Source: Centroscyllium fabricii (taxonomy: Eukaryota). From it: 64,000 nucleotides of DNA. Position numbers and translations under genes: made by a program. Under the pieces are notes generated by a model. That model did not search any database. It was not told the origin of the DNA and saw only the letters and a program-made list of their open reading frames with translations. Position 1 is the first letter of the stretch. Each line of letters begins with the position of its first letter. The stretch lies in NCBI GenBank assembly GCA_051313645.2, contig JBNRSN020000002.1:554776001-554840000 (forward strand), given 5' to 3'. This document shows positions 62,209 through 64,000 of this stretch, one piece after another.

Positions 62209-63277
62209 TACTGATTTTTAGATGTCTTTTAGATTAGTGGATTGCCGTTATCAAGGATCATACTTTATGCTGAAATGCTACAGGGATAGCATAGCAAGTT
62301 GCTATTATGTACAATAAAATCTCCGGGCATTGGCACGTCTATTCTTTTTAACGTAACACAGCACATTATGCAAGAGTGAGTCACTTAAATATTTGAAGCA
62401 AAAATAAAATCCCTTTTATTGTGATGGTCTTGTAAGTTTAATTGATCATAAACCAATTCTAAGTCAAACAACTAATAAAAGTTTTTCTCTCAAATTAAAA
62501 TGAGACACAAGCAGCACCACAATTTATTAAGAATATTTTAAAGCTTTTAGCTAGACTATTCAAAATGATCTTGGTGGTTTTGAGCAACTATCGTTAGGAA
62601 GCACACAGCGCAACGTCAACAGAGATAAGGTATGAATCAGCATTTCCATTACTTTCAACCTACGGTGCTGCAAGATTAGACAATTATTCACAATGACATC
62701 CAACAGTTTCCTCTGTCTTTACAATCCTGCCTCAGTTATAGCCACTGCTACGTTGTGATGGTGCTACCGTCTCGGAAGAAATTCAATCAGCATCTTCCCA
62801 GCACCGACATCCGGATTTAGATTTAAAGTGGCAATGCTCAGATGAAAAGCCACGTGAATCTTCACCAGCTGAGTGAATTGCACTGAAGAAGGTGGTCGGG
62901 GAGGGTTTGAGGGAAGATTCTGTCGAATTCAGATTGTTACGTGCTGACAGATCAAAATGCAACACTTGGTGCAGCTCAGTGAAAAATGCTGAGAAATTTG
63001 AAAGTTAATACAGTATATGAAGTCTATCCATTATTTTCGAATAGGTGTCAACGTGAGCTGCCATTTCCAACCGTACCTTAATTCTGCATGAAAAAAAGAA
63101 TACCTTTGTGGAATTCTGATTTCAACATAGAACAAACATTGCTCTTATTGTTCAATAACTGTATCCTGGCCCTGAGTGAATTACTAAAATCAACTGAGGG
63201 CAAGATGTGTTTCCATAAAAGGGTAAATATTGAAAGGCCTTTGGCACCCAGAATCTAGCAGCAAGTTGATAACAAGT

Positions 63278-64000
63278 TGACGTATCGTCAATAGTCTAAT
63301 AAAACTAAGGACGCGTAGTTACCTTAACTAAAGGCTTTTATTAGCTTACAAAGGAGTACGCTCCGATCGAACATCAGGTACAGAATGGATGAGGGCAGGT
63401 CAGACCCCACCTATAAGGCACTCACCTGAGGGGAGGAGCTAGAGGTGTGGCTGACCTGACCCCGCGACAGTGTCGCAATAAAAAGCTGTGTATAATGCAC
63501 CCGGCCGCTATACATACAGGTTAATATTGGGCAACAATATTATGGTGGTAAAAGAGCATATATAACGGTTACCACATTCACCCCTTCTTTGAAAATGAAG
63601 TCCGGCGGGGTGAATGGACAGAGCAGTTCATAATGAGTTTCTCCGGCGGTCGCGTCTGTCTTGAGGACCGCCGGGTCTCTGTCAGTGGCGCTGGTGCCTG
63701 CAGTGTCGGCGGCGCTGGTGTCGGTAGTGTTGGTGGCGCTGGTGCCGGTAGTGTCGGCGGCGCTGGTGCCGGTACTGTAGGTGCTGGTAGTGGCGGTGGG
63801 GCCGGGCTCTCCGGTTGCTGCTGTGCCTGTGGCGCGTCGTCCGGTTCTTGGTCCTCAGCTGGTAGTGGCGGGGGCTCCGGTGTGTATGTGTGTATCGGCC
63901 AGCCTCCGGTGGGTTGTGGGTGGTATATCGGCCAGTGGTCGAAAGGTAGTGGCTGGACGGGCTGAGGCTCGACCAGGGGCTCTGCTGTGGTGCTCCCGGC
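63278..64000 (-). mobile_element. Gypsy 3' end (3' LTR 63278-63576, PPT, integrase Pro-rich tail), same family as 22710-27958
   Basis: Reverse complement matches about 26850-27500; PPT AAAGAAGGGGTGAA on minus. Confidence 0.92.

Overview
Eukaryotic, repeat-saturated DNA, most likely from a cartilaginous fish (inferred from HE1/SacSINE1-like tRNA SINEs, CR1/HER1-like LINE tails and Penelope tails). The only host gene I can support is the first coding exon of an AIFM2/FSP1-like gene (minus strand, 2582-2756). The rest is nested transposable elements: two full-length and two partial Gypsy LTR retrotransposons, several solo LTRs, two decayed two-gene PIF/Harbinger transposons (transposase plus Myb/SANT) with many related MITEs, Tigger-like and hAT MITEs, CR1, L2, Rex1/Babar and Penelope fragments, SINEs and minisatellites. 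The most striking signal is in the Gypsy elements. In three different families the primer-binding position is not tRNA-like but is the reverse complement of the element's own AATAAA-containing LTR segment, with compensatory changes between families, which suggests self-primed reverse transcription. The two elements with a visible RT also have a YLDN motif instead of YxDD, and the polypurine tract is hairpin-enclosed in one family and missing in another. All coordinates were read by eye and may be off by a few bases; no database searches were run.
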